A stretch of 64,000 nucleotides of DNA from an uncultured Acidobacteriota bacterium (lineage in GTDB: Bacteria > Acidobacteriota > Thermoanaerobaculia > Multivoradales > UBA5704), in NCBI GenBank assembly GCA_963770895.1, contig CAVYRF010000002.1, forward strand, positions 1,472,001-1,536,000, in the 5' to 3' direction. The stretch's first letter is position 1. Every line of letters begins with the position of its first letter. Under the pieces are notes generated by a model, which was given only the letters and a program-made list of their open reading frames with translations, had not been told where the DNA came from and did not search any database. The position numbers and the translations under genes are program-made. This document shows, in pieces, positions 1-10,356 of the stretch.

Positions 1-610
<610 letters not shown>

Positions 611-742
611 GGAGAAAGCGGCGCGCGGCAAGTTGCCCGGAGGTTGGGTCCTGACGAAAGCTCTGCAGGCCTCGGGGCCGCACGGTCGGATGCGCCGTGC
701 TCGGCGCGCGCCGGGCGGCGCGCGACCGGACCCGGCCCCGGA

Positions 743-979
743 TCACGCGCCGGCCGCTTCGTGCCCTTCTTCCGCTTCCAGGTCGTTGGCGATCCCCAGC
801 CGCATACAGGCCGCATCGTACATCTGGCGGGAGGCCTTTTTGGCGTTCTGCAGCTCGGCGAGCCGATCCTTGACCTTCGCCAGCTCTTCCTCGATCAGCC
901 GGTCGAGCTCTTCCATCTCCTGCTTGGTGACCGCCAGCGTGTTCTCATAAAACCGTCTTTGCTGATCGGAAAGGCTCAT
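743..979 (-). CDS. Small acidic coiled-coil hypothetical protein (78 aa)
   Basis: GGGAGGAG RBS upstream of ATG; charged, helical, heptad-like sequence; co-oriented between the kinase gene and accD. Confidence 0.85.
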   Translation of the reverse strand: MSLSDQQRRFYENTLAVTKQEMEELDRLIEEELAKVKDRLAELQNAKKASRQMYDAACMRLGIANDLEAEEGHEAAGA

Positions 980-1054
980 GATCTCCTCCCAATGGGTAAC
1001 GACTGCGGCAGGTCGGCAGTTGCCGATACCGCATCGGCGGCCGCCTAACGGCCG

Positions 1055-4000
1055 TCAGTGTTGAAGCTTGAAGGGAATGCGCAGGCGAGTCCACATCTTG
1101 ACCCGGACACCATCGCGGGTCGCCGGCTTGTAGCGAGCCTGTCGAGCCACTTGCAGCGCGGCCTCATTGATCCCCACATTCTGGCTGATCGGCTCCAACA
1201 GCTGGACGTCTTCGACATGTCCGTCCTCATCGACCAGGACGGACAGGACAACAACTCCCTCGATGCGGAGTTTCCTGGCGAGCGGAGGATACTCCGGATT
1301 CACCGTGCTGACAAGTTTGGGAGGTTCGGCCGCGGCCGCGCCGTGCGCGGCGGCGGCGCCGCGATCCGCGCCGGTGGTGGCGCCGGCCGCACCGGCCGAT
1401 CCCGCCGAGGCGGAACCGGCGGCGGCCGCATCGCCGGATTTTTCCTTGACGGCCGCGGGCGGCGGCACCGGGGCGGCGACGGCCGCCGGCGGGGACGAGG
1501 CGGGCGGCGGAGCCGGCACCGGGGTGGCGCGCTGATCGGCCGCCGGCTGGTGCGCGGGTTCGGCCGCCGGCGGCGACGGCGCGGCGACGGCGGCGGTGGG
1601 CACCGTGTTGGCGGCGGGAGCGGTCTTGGCGGCGGCGGATCCGGCGCCGCCGTTCTTGGCCTTGCTCTTGTCCAGCTCCTGCTGCAAGAGTTTTTGCTGC
1701 GCCTCGAACTTCTGCTTGAGCGCCTCTTCGCGGCGCGCGAGCTCCTGGCCGACCAGCCCTTCGACGTCCACCTTGGGTGCCTCCGCGGCGGTGCCGGGCG
1801 CCGCGCCGGACCCGGCCGCCCCAGGCGCCCCCGTCTGCGCATGGGTCGGCGGCGGCACCGGCGCCGGCGCCGGTGCCGCGGCGTTGTGCCGGTGCACCAG
1901 GTAGGCTACCAGCGCGATCACCAGCGCCGCGACCGCCACCACCAGCAGCAACCTGCGGCGCGGCGCGCCCTCTTCGCTACGCACCTCGCCCAGCGCCGCC
2001 AGCGGCGCCACGTCCTGCGCCGCGGCGCCGCCATCGGCGGCCCCGGCAGGGAGAACGGCGGCGGCCTGGGGCGGCGCGCCGGCCGCCGCCCCTCCGATCG
2101 ATTGCGGCGCGCCAGCCGTAGCCCCTCCGATCGATTGCGGCGCGCCAGCCGTAGCCCCGCCGATCGATTGCGGCGCACCAGCCGCCGCCCCCGCGATCGA
2201 CGGCACAGCGCCGGCCGCCGCCCCGGTGTACGACGGCGACGCCGCGGGGGACGGCGTGCCAGCCGCCGCCGCGGCGATGCCGGCCGCGGCAGCGGCGGCC
2301 AGCGGGGCGGCGTGCGAACCCGGCGGTGCCGGCGGATGAGCCGCCGCGGCATGAGGCGGCGGCAGCGTCGTCCCTCCGGTGCTTGCCGGGAAAGCCGGGG
2401 CCGCCGGAACGGCCGCGGCAAGGCCCGCCGCCGCGGCAGCCAGGTCCGGCGCCGACGGCGCACCCAGGCCGGCCGGCCGCTCCAGCCGGGTCGTCGCCGC
2501 GCCGGGCACCGCGAAGACCCGCCGGATGTACGCCGCCAGGTCGCCGTGGCTGGGCGACGGCTTGAGCGCGTGCAGGACGGTTTCCAGGCGCTGCTCGAAT
2601 TCGTGGGCGGACTGGAAGCGGTCTTCGGGCCGGCCGCTCAGGGCGCGCATGACGATCTCGTCGATCTCGCGCGGGATGGTGGGATCGACCTGGCGGGGCG
2701 AACGCACCTTCACCTGGCGCACCGATTCGAGCACCGACATTTCGGAGTCGCCGTCGAACAGCCGTTCGCCGGTGAGCATTTCGAACAGCACCGTGGCGAG
2801 CGAGAAGATGTCGGACCGCGCATCGACCAGGGTGCCCCGCGCCTGCTCCGGCGACATGTACTGGAGCTTTCCCTTGAGCGCCCCCATCTGCGTCTGCCCG
2901 GCCTTCGAAACCGCCTTGGCGATGCCGAAGTCGCACAGCTTCACGTCGCCGTCAAACGAGATCAGGACGTTTTGCGGCGACACGTCGCGATGCACCAGGT
3001 CCATCTCACGCCCTTCGAAGTCGCGCTTGCGATGGGCGTAGTCCAGGGCGCTCGCCAGGCGCACCGCGATCAGCAGGGCCAGGCCGAGCGGCAGCGGCGC
3101 GCCGCGCTGGCGGCCGGCGTTGAGCAGCGAGCGGAGGTCCTTGCCCTCCACGTATTCCATCGCGATGTAGAAATGCGAGCCGATCTTGCCCAGGTCGTAG
3201 ATATGGATGATGTTGGGATGGCTGAGCTGCGCCGCGAGCTTGGCTTCGTCGATGAACATGCCGACAAAATCGGCGTTGTCCGACATGTACGGCAGGATCT
3301 TCTTGATCGCGACCGTCTTCTGAAATCCCTCGACGCCGCGCATGCGGGCCTTCCACACCTCCGCCATGCCGCCGACGGCAATGCGCTCCATCAGCGTGTA
3401 TTGGCCGAACGGCTCTCCCGGCGGCGGCGGCGTCCCTTCGCGCGGCACCATCTGGATGCGCTGCGTGGCCGCGGCGCTTTCCGGCATGACACTGGGGCCG
3501 GCGCCGCCGCCGGTGGGAGGAGCCGGGCGCAAAGGGATCGCCGGCGGGGCGGGCGCGGCCGGCGCTGGCGACCCCGCCGCCGATCCCGGCAGGCCCGGCG
3601 ACGACCCGGCGGCGGCGACCCCGGGCCGCGAGGCCGCATCCGGCTTGCGACGGGTGCGCGCCAGGTCTTCGAGCTGCGACAGGTCGAGCTCGCCGGTGAA
3701 CCGGCGGCGCGCACCGGTACCGCTGCCGGTGCCGTCGGTCACCGAGGCACCGGAGCCGGCAGGCTGGGGAGGTGGCGACGCCGCGCCCGGACCGGCGGCG
3801 GCTGTCGGCGCCAGCCCTGACGCCGGGGGGCGCGGGCCGGACGCCGGCGCCGACGATGGCGCGGCAGCGGGCGGCGCCAGCGCCGGAGCGGCGAAGAAAC
3901 CGGTCAGGGAGCCGGAGCGAGGTGCGGCCGCAGCGGCCGGGCCGGCGGCCGCCGCACCCGCCCCGGGCGCGGCAGCCACGCCGGCCAACGGAGAGACGCC

Positions 4001-4906
4001 GGAAGGCATGGCCGCGGACGGCGACGCGGACAGTCCAGCCACGGCAGGCGGCGCGGACGAGCCAGCCGCGGACGGCGGCGCGGCGGCAGGCGGAGCGCTG
4101 GCCGCGGCACCGGCGGCGCCGGCGGCTGTCGCGGCCGCGGCGGCGACCGCGGCGGCCGGGCGCGGGGACGGCGCCTTGGGCCGCGCCGCCAGCTCGGACA
4201 GCGTCTTGCTCAACATCGCTTCGATCTCGTCGGTGCCGGCGCCCTCGGGGCGGCGCGGCGGCGCTACCGCGGCCGGCCGCCGCGGCTCGGTGCTGAGCAT
4301 GCCGGAAAGGGTTTTTTCCAGCTTGCGCTGGAGGTCTTCGTCGGCGCGCGCGGCGGCGCGGTTGGCGGCGGGGGAAGCGGCGCCTGGACCCCCGGGAGCC
4401 GCCGCGGTCGGCGCGCCGGGCGGCACCTGCGGCGACCGCGGGGCGGGCGGTGCGCCGGGAGGAAACGGAGTGCGCCCTCCCAGCTGCTGCTCGACTTCCG
4501 CCAGCACGTCGCCAAAAATGTCGTGCGAGGTGAGCCGCAGCGGCGGCGCGCCGGGCGCCGCACCCCTGGGCGCCGCCAGCATGCGACGCACCGCACCCAC
4601 CAGGTCCTGGTCCGCGAACGGCAGGCGCAGTCGATCGTCACCCAGCGCCGTGCCGGCAGCGGCACCCTCGGGCAGCACCACCACCACTCCCGGGCCGCCG
4701 GCGCCCCGCCGAAACGCATTGGCGACCTCTTCCGCACCGGGCACCTCCGTGCCGGTGAGCACCAGGTCGGGCCGCTCCGCCGCCACCGCCGCGAGCGCCT
4801 GCGCACGGTCCTGGGCGAACCGGACGCGCCAACCTTCCGCGCTCAACACCCGGTGGTATCGCTCCAAGGAGCGCTGCTCTTGCCCGACGACCAGGATCGA
4901 GGCCAT
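1055..4906 (-). CDS. Multidomain Hanks-type Ser/Thr protein kinase: degenerate receiver-like N-terminus, Pro/Ala linkers, kinase, TM helix, C-terminal TonB_C domain
   Basis: Kinase motifs GGMAEV, VAIKK, HRDVSPQN, DFGIAK, YMSPE. TM LLLVVAVAALVIALVAYLV. TonB C-terminal PEYPPLARKLRIEGVVVLSVLVDEDG...IPFKL. Start placed at ATG 4906 (TGGAGA upstream). Confidence 0.92.
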   Translation of the reverse strand: MASILVVGQEQRSLERYHRVLSAEGWRVRFAQDRAQALAAVAAERPDLVLTGTEVPGAEEVANAFRRGAGGPGVVVVLPEGAAAGTALGDDRLRLPFADQDLVGAVRRMLAAPRGAAPGAPPLRLTSHDIFGDVLAEVEQQLGGRTPFPPGAPPAPRSPQVPPGAPTAAAPGGPGAASPAANRAAARADEDLQRKLEKTLSGMLSTEPRRPAAVAPPRRPEGAGTDEIEAMLSKTLSELAARPKAPSPRPAAAVAAAAATAAGAAGAAASAPPAAAPPSAAGSSAPPAVAGLSASPSAAMPSGVSPLAGVAAAPGAGAAAAGPAAAAAPRSGSLTGFFAAPALAPPAAAPSSAPASGPRPPASGLAPTAAAGPGAASPPPQPAGSGASVTDGTGSGTGARRRFTGELDLSQLEDLARTRRKPDAASRPGVAAAGSSPGLPGSAAGSPAPAAPAPPAIPLRPAPPTGGGAGPSVMPESAAATQRIQMVPREGTPPPPGEPFGQYTLMERIAVGGMAEVWKARMRGVEGFQKTVAIKKILPYMSDNADFVGMFIDEAKLAAQLSHPNIIHIYDLGKIGSHFYIAMEYVEGKDLRSLLNAGRQRGAPLPLGLALLIAVRLASALDYAHRKRDFEGREMDLVHRDVSPQNVLISFDGDVKLCDFGIAKAVSKAGQTQMGALKGKLQYMSPEQARGTLVDARSDIFSLATVLFEMLTGERLFDGDSEMSVLESVRQVKVRSPRQVDPTIPREIDEIVMRALSGRPEDRFQSAHEFEQRLETVLHALKPSPSHGDLAAYIRRVFAVPGAATTRLERPAGLGAPSAPDLAAAAAGLAAAVPAAPAFPASTGGTTLPPPHAAAAHPPAPPGSHAAPLAAAAAAGIAAAAAGTPSPAASPSYTGAAAGAVPSIAGAAAGAPQSIGGATAGAPQSIGGATAGAPQSIGGAAAGAPPQAAAVLPAGAADGGAAAQDVAPLAALGEVRSEEGAPRRRLLLVVAVAALVIALVAYLVHRHNAAAPAPAPVPPPTHAQTGAPGAAGSGAAPGTAAEAPKVDVEGLVGQELARREEALKQKFEAQQKLLQQELDKSKAKNGGAGSAAAKTAPAANTVPTAAVAAPSPPAAEPAHQPAADQRATPVPAPPPASSPPAAVAAPVPPPAAVKEKSGDAAAAGSASAGSAGAAGATTGADRGAAAAHGAAAAEPPKLVSTVNPEYPPLARKLRIEGVVVLSVLVDEDGHVEDVQLLEPISQNVGINEAALQVARQARYKPATRDGVRVKMWTRLRIPFKLQH
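2071..2225. repeat. 33-bp coding tandem repeat (about 4.5 copies; GAPQSIGGATA) inside the kinase gene
   Basis: Unit gcccctccgatcgattgcggcgcgccagccgta starts at 2088, 2121 and 2154, with a degenerate copy at 2187. Confidence 0.9.
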
Positions 4907-5131
4907 ACTGGAAATCTCCAGAGAGAAGGTACAGCAAGCCTTTCTAACATTCCGTCCCGCCCTCGTCAATCGCGACGCCATCGAAAGATGCTGATTTTTG
5001 AGGGCTTTAACCTTGCGCCGGGCACGCGTCGCGAGCCCTGGCCGGGCGGGGCCGGCCTCCTGTACGATGGGGGCGGCTGCCAGAGGCCGCCCTCACGATT
5101 CGCCGCCACGATTTAGAAGGAGCGCCGTGCG

Positions 5132-5905
5132 ATGTCAGGCCACAGCAAATGGAGCACGATCAAGCACCGCAAGGCGGCCACCGACGCCAAGCGCGGCAAG
5201 CTGTTCAACAAGCTGCTGCGCGAGATCACGGTGGCGGCGCGCACCGGCGGCGGCGACCCCAAGGGCAATGCCCGCCTGCGCACGGCGCTGGTCGAAGCGC
5301 GCTCCAACAGCGTCCCCGGCGACACCATCGACCGCGCGGTCAAGAAAGGCACCGGCGAGCTCGAAGGCGCGTCGTACGAAGAGGTCATCTACAAAGGGTA
5401 TGGGCCGGGCGGCATCGCGGTCCTGGTCGAAGGCTTGACCGACAACCGCAACCGCACCGCCGCCGAGATCCGCCACATGTTCACCCGCCACGGCGGCAAC
5501 CTGGGAGAAAGCGGCAGCGTCACCTGGATGTTCGCCCGCCGCGGCTATTTCGCCATCGAACGCGGCGCCATGGACGAAGACAAATTCATGGAGCTGGCGC
5601 TGGAGCTGGGCGCCGACGACGTCGCCACCGAGCCGGACGTCTACGAGATCTATACCCCCATGGAGGATTTCGCGGCTGTCCAGGAGGAGCTGGAAAAGCG
5701 CGGCGTGCAGCTCGCCGCCAAGCAGCTGGCGATGGTGCCGCAGACCTACATGGCACTGCCGGCGGACCGCGTGGCGCAGCTGCTGCGCCTGGCGGAGGCG
5801 CTGGAAGATCACGACGACGTGCAAAACGTCTGGCTCAACCTCGACGCCAGCTCGATCCCCTCCCCCGGCTCCGACAACGACAAGATGGCGACCGCTCAAT
5901 CCTGA
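5132..5905 (+). CDS. yebC: YebC/PmpR family protein
   Basis: MSGHSKWSTIKHRK, GYGPGG, TDNRNRT, LEDHDDVQNV; AAGGAG RBS. Confidence 0.97.
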   Translation: MSGHSKWSTIKHRKAATDAKRGKLFNKLLREITVAARTGGGDPKGNARLRTALVEARSNSVPGDTIDRAVKKGTGELEGASYEEVIYKGYGPGGIAVLVEGLTDNRNRTAAEIRHMFTRHGGNLGESGSVTWMFARRGYFAIERGAMDEDKFMELALELGADDVATEPDVYEIYTPMEDFAAVQEELEKRGVQLAAKQLAMVPQTYMALPADRVAQLLRLAEALEDHDDVQNVWLNLDASSIPSPGSDNDKMATAQS

Positions 5906-5935
5906 GCCGCCGCCCCCGCCCCGCCGCAGCCGCCG

Positions 5936-6487
5936 TTGCTCATCCTCGGTTTAGATCCTGGCAGCCTCCACACCGGCTTCGCGGTGGTCGAACGCCACGG
6001 CTCCGCGGTGCAGATGATCGACGCCGGGCGCTTCTCGTGCCCGCGCGCCCAGGCCCTGCCGGAGCGCTTGGCGTTCCTGACGGCGGCGCTCGCCGATCTG
6101 CTGGCGCGGCACCCGCCCGACCTGGCGGCGCTGGAAACCCCCTTCGGCGGCATCAACACCCGCTCGCTCATCGTCCTGGCGCAGGCGCGCGGCGCGCTCG
6201 TCGCCGTGCTGGCCGGCCGCGGCGTGCCGATCATGCAGTACAGTCCCGCCGAGGTGAAATCGGCGGTGACCGGCAGCGGCCGGGCCGACAAGACGCAGGT
6301 GGCGCGGATGGTCAGCCTGCTGCTGGGCCGCACCGGCAGCCAGGCGTTGCGGCTGCCCGCGGACGCCACCGACGCCCTGGCCATGGCGCTGTGCTGCGCG
6401 CAGCGCCTGCGCCTCGACCGGCTGAGCGCCGCGGCGCCCCGGTCGGGATCCCCGCGCTCCCCCGGGTCGTCGCGCTCGTCAGGCTGA
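5936..6487 (+). CDS. ruvC: Holliday junction resolvase RuvC
   Basis: ILGLDPG, LAQARG, YSPAEVKSAVTGSGRADKTQV, DATDALA; follows yebC. Confidence 0.95.
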   Translation: MLILGLDPGSLHTGFAVVERHGSAVQMIDAGRFSCPRAQALPERLAFLTAALADLLARHPPDLAALETPFGGINTRSLIVLAQARGALVAVLAGRGVPIMQYSPAEVKSAVTGSGRADKTQVARMVSLLLGRTGSQALRLPADATDALAMALCCAQRLRLDRLSAAAPRSGSPRSPGSSRSSG

Positions 6488-6529
6488 CCCGGCACTTGTG
6501 CTACCATCAACCACTGCTCGAAAAAGCTC

Positions 6530-7360
6530 ATGGCATTCCAAGGTTCTCTCAAGGAGCTACCCCTTCCTGACATCATTCAGCTGGTTTCCGTATCAGGCAA
6601 GACCGGTGTCTTCAACCTGCAACGGAATGCTGATGCGTCGGGCGAGATCTACCTGCGCGGCGGCCAGATCGTCCACGCCCACGTCGGCGACTTGACCGGC
6701 GAAGAAGCGGTCTACGAGCTCGCCATCTGGCCCGAAGGGGAGTTCGTCTTCACTCCCGGCCAGGAAACCGCGCTGACCACCATCCAGAAGTCCAACACCA
6801 ACCTGCTGATGGAGGCCGCCCGCCGCATCGACGAATGGCAGGTGCTGTCCAAGCGCATCCCCTCGACCCGCCTGGTGCCGGTGTTCACCAACCAGGCGGC
6901 GACCACCTCCGTCTCGCTGACGCCGCAGGAATGGGCGCTGATCTGCAAGATCGACGAGCGGCGCTCGATCGAAGAGGTGGCGGTCGGTCTCGACATGAGC
7001 GCGTTCGAAGCCTGCAAGCTGCTCTACGGGCTGATCACCTCGGGCCTGGTGGGCCTGCGCGAAGACCTCAGCCGCCTGCGCACCGAGCGGCTGCACAATC
7101 TCAGTCCCCAGCAGCTCGGCACCCTTGCCGAGGCGATCGATCAGCAGGCGCGCACGCTGCTGTCGGGTCACTACCGGCAGGCTGAGCTGGACGTCCACTT
7201 CCGCATGAGCAAGGCGGAGATGGACGGCGGCCGCGGCGTCGAAGCGGTGCTCGACCTGGTGCGCTCCGAAGAAAAAGTCGTCTCCACCGCGCTCGGCCCG
7301 CACCAGAGCAAGACCTTCCTCGATCGCGTGTCACAGCTGCTGGAACGTACGGTTGCCTGA
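6530..7360 (+). CDS. DUF4388 (PatA_N-like) domain protein
   Basis: MAFQGSLKELPLPDIIQLV...KTGVF...GEIYLRGGQIVHA...LLMEAARRIDEW signature, followed by a LTPQEW HTH-like segment. Confidence 0.88.
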   Translation: MAFQGSLKELPLPDIIQLVSVSGKTGVFNLQRNADASGEIYLRGGQIVHAHVGDLTGEEAVYELAIWPEGEFVFTPGQETALTTIQKSNTNLLMEAARRIDEWQVLSKRIPSTRLVPVFTNQAATTSVSLTPQEWALICKIDERRSIEEVAVGLDMSAFEACKLLYGLITSGLVGLREDLSRLRTERLHNLSPQQLGTLAEAIDQQARTLLSGHYRQAELDVHFRMSKAEMDGGRGVEAVLDLVRSEEKVVSTALGPHQSKTFLDRVSQLLERTVA

Positions 7361-7377
7361 CGGCAGGCGTCCGCTGC

Positions 7378-8751
7378 ATGTGCGCTCGCCCTCACCCGAG
7401 CCCCGCAAGGCTCCTGGCGTCAGCGGTGACGGTGGCCTGCGCCTGCGCTTGTGCCCTGGCCCCCAGCCGCGCCGGCGCCTGGCCGCTGCCGTCGCCGGGC
7501 GTCTTCGCCGACCAGACCGCGCCGGGCGGTGACGCCGCCAACCCGCCGGCGGCCAATCCCCCGGCAGCCAACCCGCCGGCCGCCAACCAGCCGCCGGTCG
7601 CGCCGCCGCAGCCACCGGTGCCGCCGCCTCCTCCCACCCCGGCGGCGGCGGCGGGCGAAGGGGACAGCGGCGACGAGAGCACCGAAGGCGAGCGGCCGAT
7701 CGACCGCCTGCTGCCCGAGCTGGTCCTGCTGGTGCCCGAAGACGCTTTGGACCTAAAGGTCAGCCGGCTGATCAACAAGGTCCTGTTCGAAGGGGAGGTG
7801 CGGTACGCCTTCGTCACCGGCGACATCACCGCCTTCCTGCGCTATCGCTACTATGGACCGACGCGGACGACGCAGGTCGAAGTGTTCGACCAGATCAACT
7901 TCGGCCACCTCGGCCTGCAGGCGGACTTCCAGCGTACGCGCGGCCTGCTCGCCTTCGAAGAGTGGCCGCACAGCTACGGCTTTCGCACCTTCGCGCTGGA
8001 AGAAGTGGATCGCATCAGCTCCAACCAGCAGGCATTCCTTACAACCAACAACCTGACCAATACCTTCGTCCGCCTGGGCGGGCAGCTCGGCTCCCCCGGC
8101 GACAACCGCACCCAGGCCATCGTCGGCGATACGCGCGCCTACGTCCCCAACATCTTTACCGCGGTGCGGGAGATCGGCCCCAACCAGTTCTCGTTCACCG
8201 GCGCGGTCAGCTACGGCTTTCCGCTTGGTAATTTCAACTACGTCAAGGTGGAATCGGAGGCGCTCAAGCGCTTCGACCTGACCGACAGCATTTTCCTGGT
8301 CGGCCGCCTCCACCAGGGCAGCTTCGTCTTCGATCACGTGGTCAACAGCGCCGCGCTCGACCCCGAAGATCGCTTCTCTGTGCCGATCAATGAGCTGTTT
8401 ACCGTTGGCGGAGCTGACAATCTGAAGAGCATCAGCAGCAATTTGATTGGCACCCAGGAGCTGCACAACACGTGGGAGCTCTTCTTCCCCTGGTTTATCG
8501 GCGAGCACCACCCCATCTTCGACACCGACTGGCAGAGCTGGTACTGGATCCTCTACTCCGGCTGGGGGACGCTCGGCGACGACTCCTCCACCTATACCAA
8601 CTTCTCCAACTACATCGTGGACACCGGCTTGGGCTTCGAAGCCGCGGTGCGCCTGTGGCGCTACCGCTTTTTCGTGTCCGGAGTCGTGGCACGACCCTTG
8701 AAAGGAGGAGAGCACGTGGAGGCGCGGCTGTCGATCCGGTCGTACCGCTGA
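7378..8751 (+). CDS. Putative outer-membrane beta-barrel protein (Omp85/TamA-barrel-like, no POTRA recognised)
   Basis: Signal-peptide-like N-terminus, PPAAN repeats, alternating aromatic beta-strands. The GGADNLKS / ELFFP / DTGLGF segments resemble the Omp85 C-terminal barrel. Confidence 0.65.
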   Translation: MCARPHPSPARLLASAVTVACACACALAPSRAGAWPLPSPGVFADQTAPGGDAANPPAANPPAANPPAANQPPVAPPQPPVPPPPPTPAAAAGEGDSGDESTEGERPIDRLLPELVLLVPEDALDLKVSRLINKVLFEGEVRYAFVTGDITAFLRYRYYGPTRTTQVEVFDQINFGHLGLQADFQRTRGLLAFEEWPHSYGFRTFALEEVDRISSNQQAFLTTNNLTNTFVRLGGQLGSPGDNRTQAIVGDTRAYVPNIFTAVREIGPNQFSFTGAVSYGFPLGNFNYVKVESEALKRFDLTDSIFLVGRLHQGSFVFDHVVNSAALDPEDRFSVPINELFTVGGADNLKSISSNLIGTQELHNTWELFFPWFIGEHHPIFDTDWQSWYWILYSGWGTLGDDSSTYTNFSNYIVDTGLGFEAAVRLWRYRFFVSGVVARPLKGGEHVEARLSIRSYR

Positions 8752-8856
8752 CTTTGTTGCGGTTGGGAAGATCGGCTGTGCCAGCGCCTTCCGCTATACT
8801 TTAGTGAGGCGTTACGAGGGTTTGACATGCCCTTGTATATAGCCGGAGGAGAGAGA

Positions 8857-10149
8857 ATGCGATTGAAAACCTGGTTACTCGTGGCTGCACTGGGTCTCTC
8901 GCCGGCCCTTGCATCGGCCGGAGAGCAAGCCAATGCCCCCACCGCTACCGGCGAGACGGGCCTGTTCACCTTGCTGAGCGGCGATACGTTGCCGCAAAAC
9001 GGGTGGGACTTTGGTATTTATTACAACAACTGGAACCCGGTGCTGCGCCAGCCGGGCTACCCGGACCAGAAGATCTTCTTCTGGAATCAGACCAGCGCCA
9101 GCATCGGGTACGGCATCCTGGACCGCTGGGAAGTCACCGTTTCGGTGCCGTATGACAACTACGCGGACACTCCCAGCATCGCCGCCCCCTATCTGAACAA
9201 CGACCGCAGCGGTCTGGGCAACCTTCACATCGGCACCAAGGTCCGCCTGTTCGGCGAGCCCGGCGATCTTTCGACCTTCGCCATCAACGGCTTCGTCGAC
9301 CCGTCGACCGGCAAGAGCGATTTCGCCAACAACCGCACCGGTTTCGGCGGCGGCCTGGACTGGCGGATCGGCGATTTCGTGCTCAACGGCGAATACGCGA
9401 CCCGCACCCAGGCGTTCGGCGGCATCGAGTTCCCCAACCAGTTTTCCGGCGGCATCGGCTACGCCCATCGCGTCGCCAGCCACGTCGACTGGATCACCGA
9501 GCTGACCGGCACCCACTACACCAGCAACGACGTCGTCTCGTTCAAGGATTGGGCCGATCTGTCGACCGGCGTCCGGGTGTGGCTGGGCGATCCGCAGACC
9601 TGGGCGCTCACCGCGGCGTTGCGCCAGAACCTGGAACGGCTCAACGAATTCCGCGAGCATCCGGCGCGCGGCATCGTCGGCGTCAGCTACTTCCCGGCGC
9701 GGGTAAAGGCTGCCCCGCCACCGCCGCCGCCTCCTCCGCCGCCACCGCCGGCACCCACGCCGCCGCCGCCGCCGGCTCCCGAACCGGCTCCGCCGCCTCC
9801 GCCGCCGCCACCCCCGGCACCGGCGCCCAAGGCTGAAGAGCGGGTCACCGTCAACTTCACGCCCGGCAGCGCTCGCCTCTCCAACATCGCCAAGGCGAAG
9901 CTGGACGAAGTGGCGCTCAAGATGAAGCAGGATCCGTCGCTGACGGCGCAGGTCCTCGGCTATTCCGACAGCGCCGAAAAGGGCGGTCAGAAGCTGAGCG
10001 AGCGTCGGGCCCAGGCGGTGAAGAGCTACCTGGTCACGCGGCACGGCATCGACCCCTCGCGCATCAAGATCGAGGGCAAGGGCACTGCCGACAGCACCGG
10101 CGACAAGGCGCAGGATCGACGCGCCGTGGTGATCCTCACCACCCAGTAG
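8857..10149 (+). CDS. OmpA family protein (N-terminal barrel-like domain, polyproline linker, OmpA_C peptidoglycan-binding domain)
   Basis: Signal peptide; GGAGGAG RBS; VNFTPGSARL, LSERRAQAVKSYLV and DRRA motifs. Confidence 0.92.
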   Translation: MRLKTWLLVAALGLSPALASAGEQANAPTATGETGLFTLLSGDTLPQNGWDFGIYYNNWNPVLRQPGYPDQKIFFWNQTSASIGYGILDRWEVTVSVPYDNYADTPSIAAPYLNNDRSGLGNLHIGTKVRLFGEPGDLSTFAINGFVDPSTGKSDFANNRTGFGGGLDWRIGDFVLNGEYATRTQAFGGIEFPNQFSGGIGYAHRVASHVDWITELTGTHYTSNDVVSFKDWADLSTGVRVWLGDPQTWALTAALRQNLERLNEFREHPARGIVGVSYFPARVKAAPPPPPPPPPPPPAPTPPPPPAPEPAPPPPPPPPPAPAPKAEERVTVNFTPGSARLSNIAKAKLDEVALKMKQDPSLTAQVLGYSDSAEKGGQKLSERRAQAVKSYLVTRHGIDPSRIKIEGKGTADSTGDKAQDRRAVVILTTQ

Positions 10150-10190
10150 CGCGCAGCCCGCGCTTCCCGCGCCGGGTTCTGCCCGGCGCT

Positions 10191-10225
10191 CCAAGGCCCC
10201 GCTCCGGCGGGGCCTTTGGCTTTTT
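10191..10225 (+). terminator. Rho-independent terminator after the OmpA gene
   Basis: Stem aaggccccgc-tccg-gcggggcctt followed by tggcttttt. Confidence 0.8.
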
Positions 10226-10356
10226 GGCACGCCCGCCACCGGGTGCAGCGGCGGGCAGCGGGTGCGGAGTTGGACGTCCGCGGCGCGGATCGGTTAGGAT
10301 TGCCAGGCAGCGGTATCCTCATCCCGTCCACCCGTTTTCCCGAAGAGAGAATCACT

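Noticed and set aside
1058-3820. 920-aa + strand ORF and many other long Arg/Ala/Pro-rich ORFs in the track
   Set aside because: Antisense or alternate-frame shadows of real genes, expected in very high-GC DNA; no motifs.
9711-9830. ccg-rich repeat in the OmpA gene
   Set aside because: Ordinary polyproline linker.
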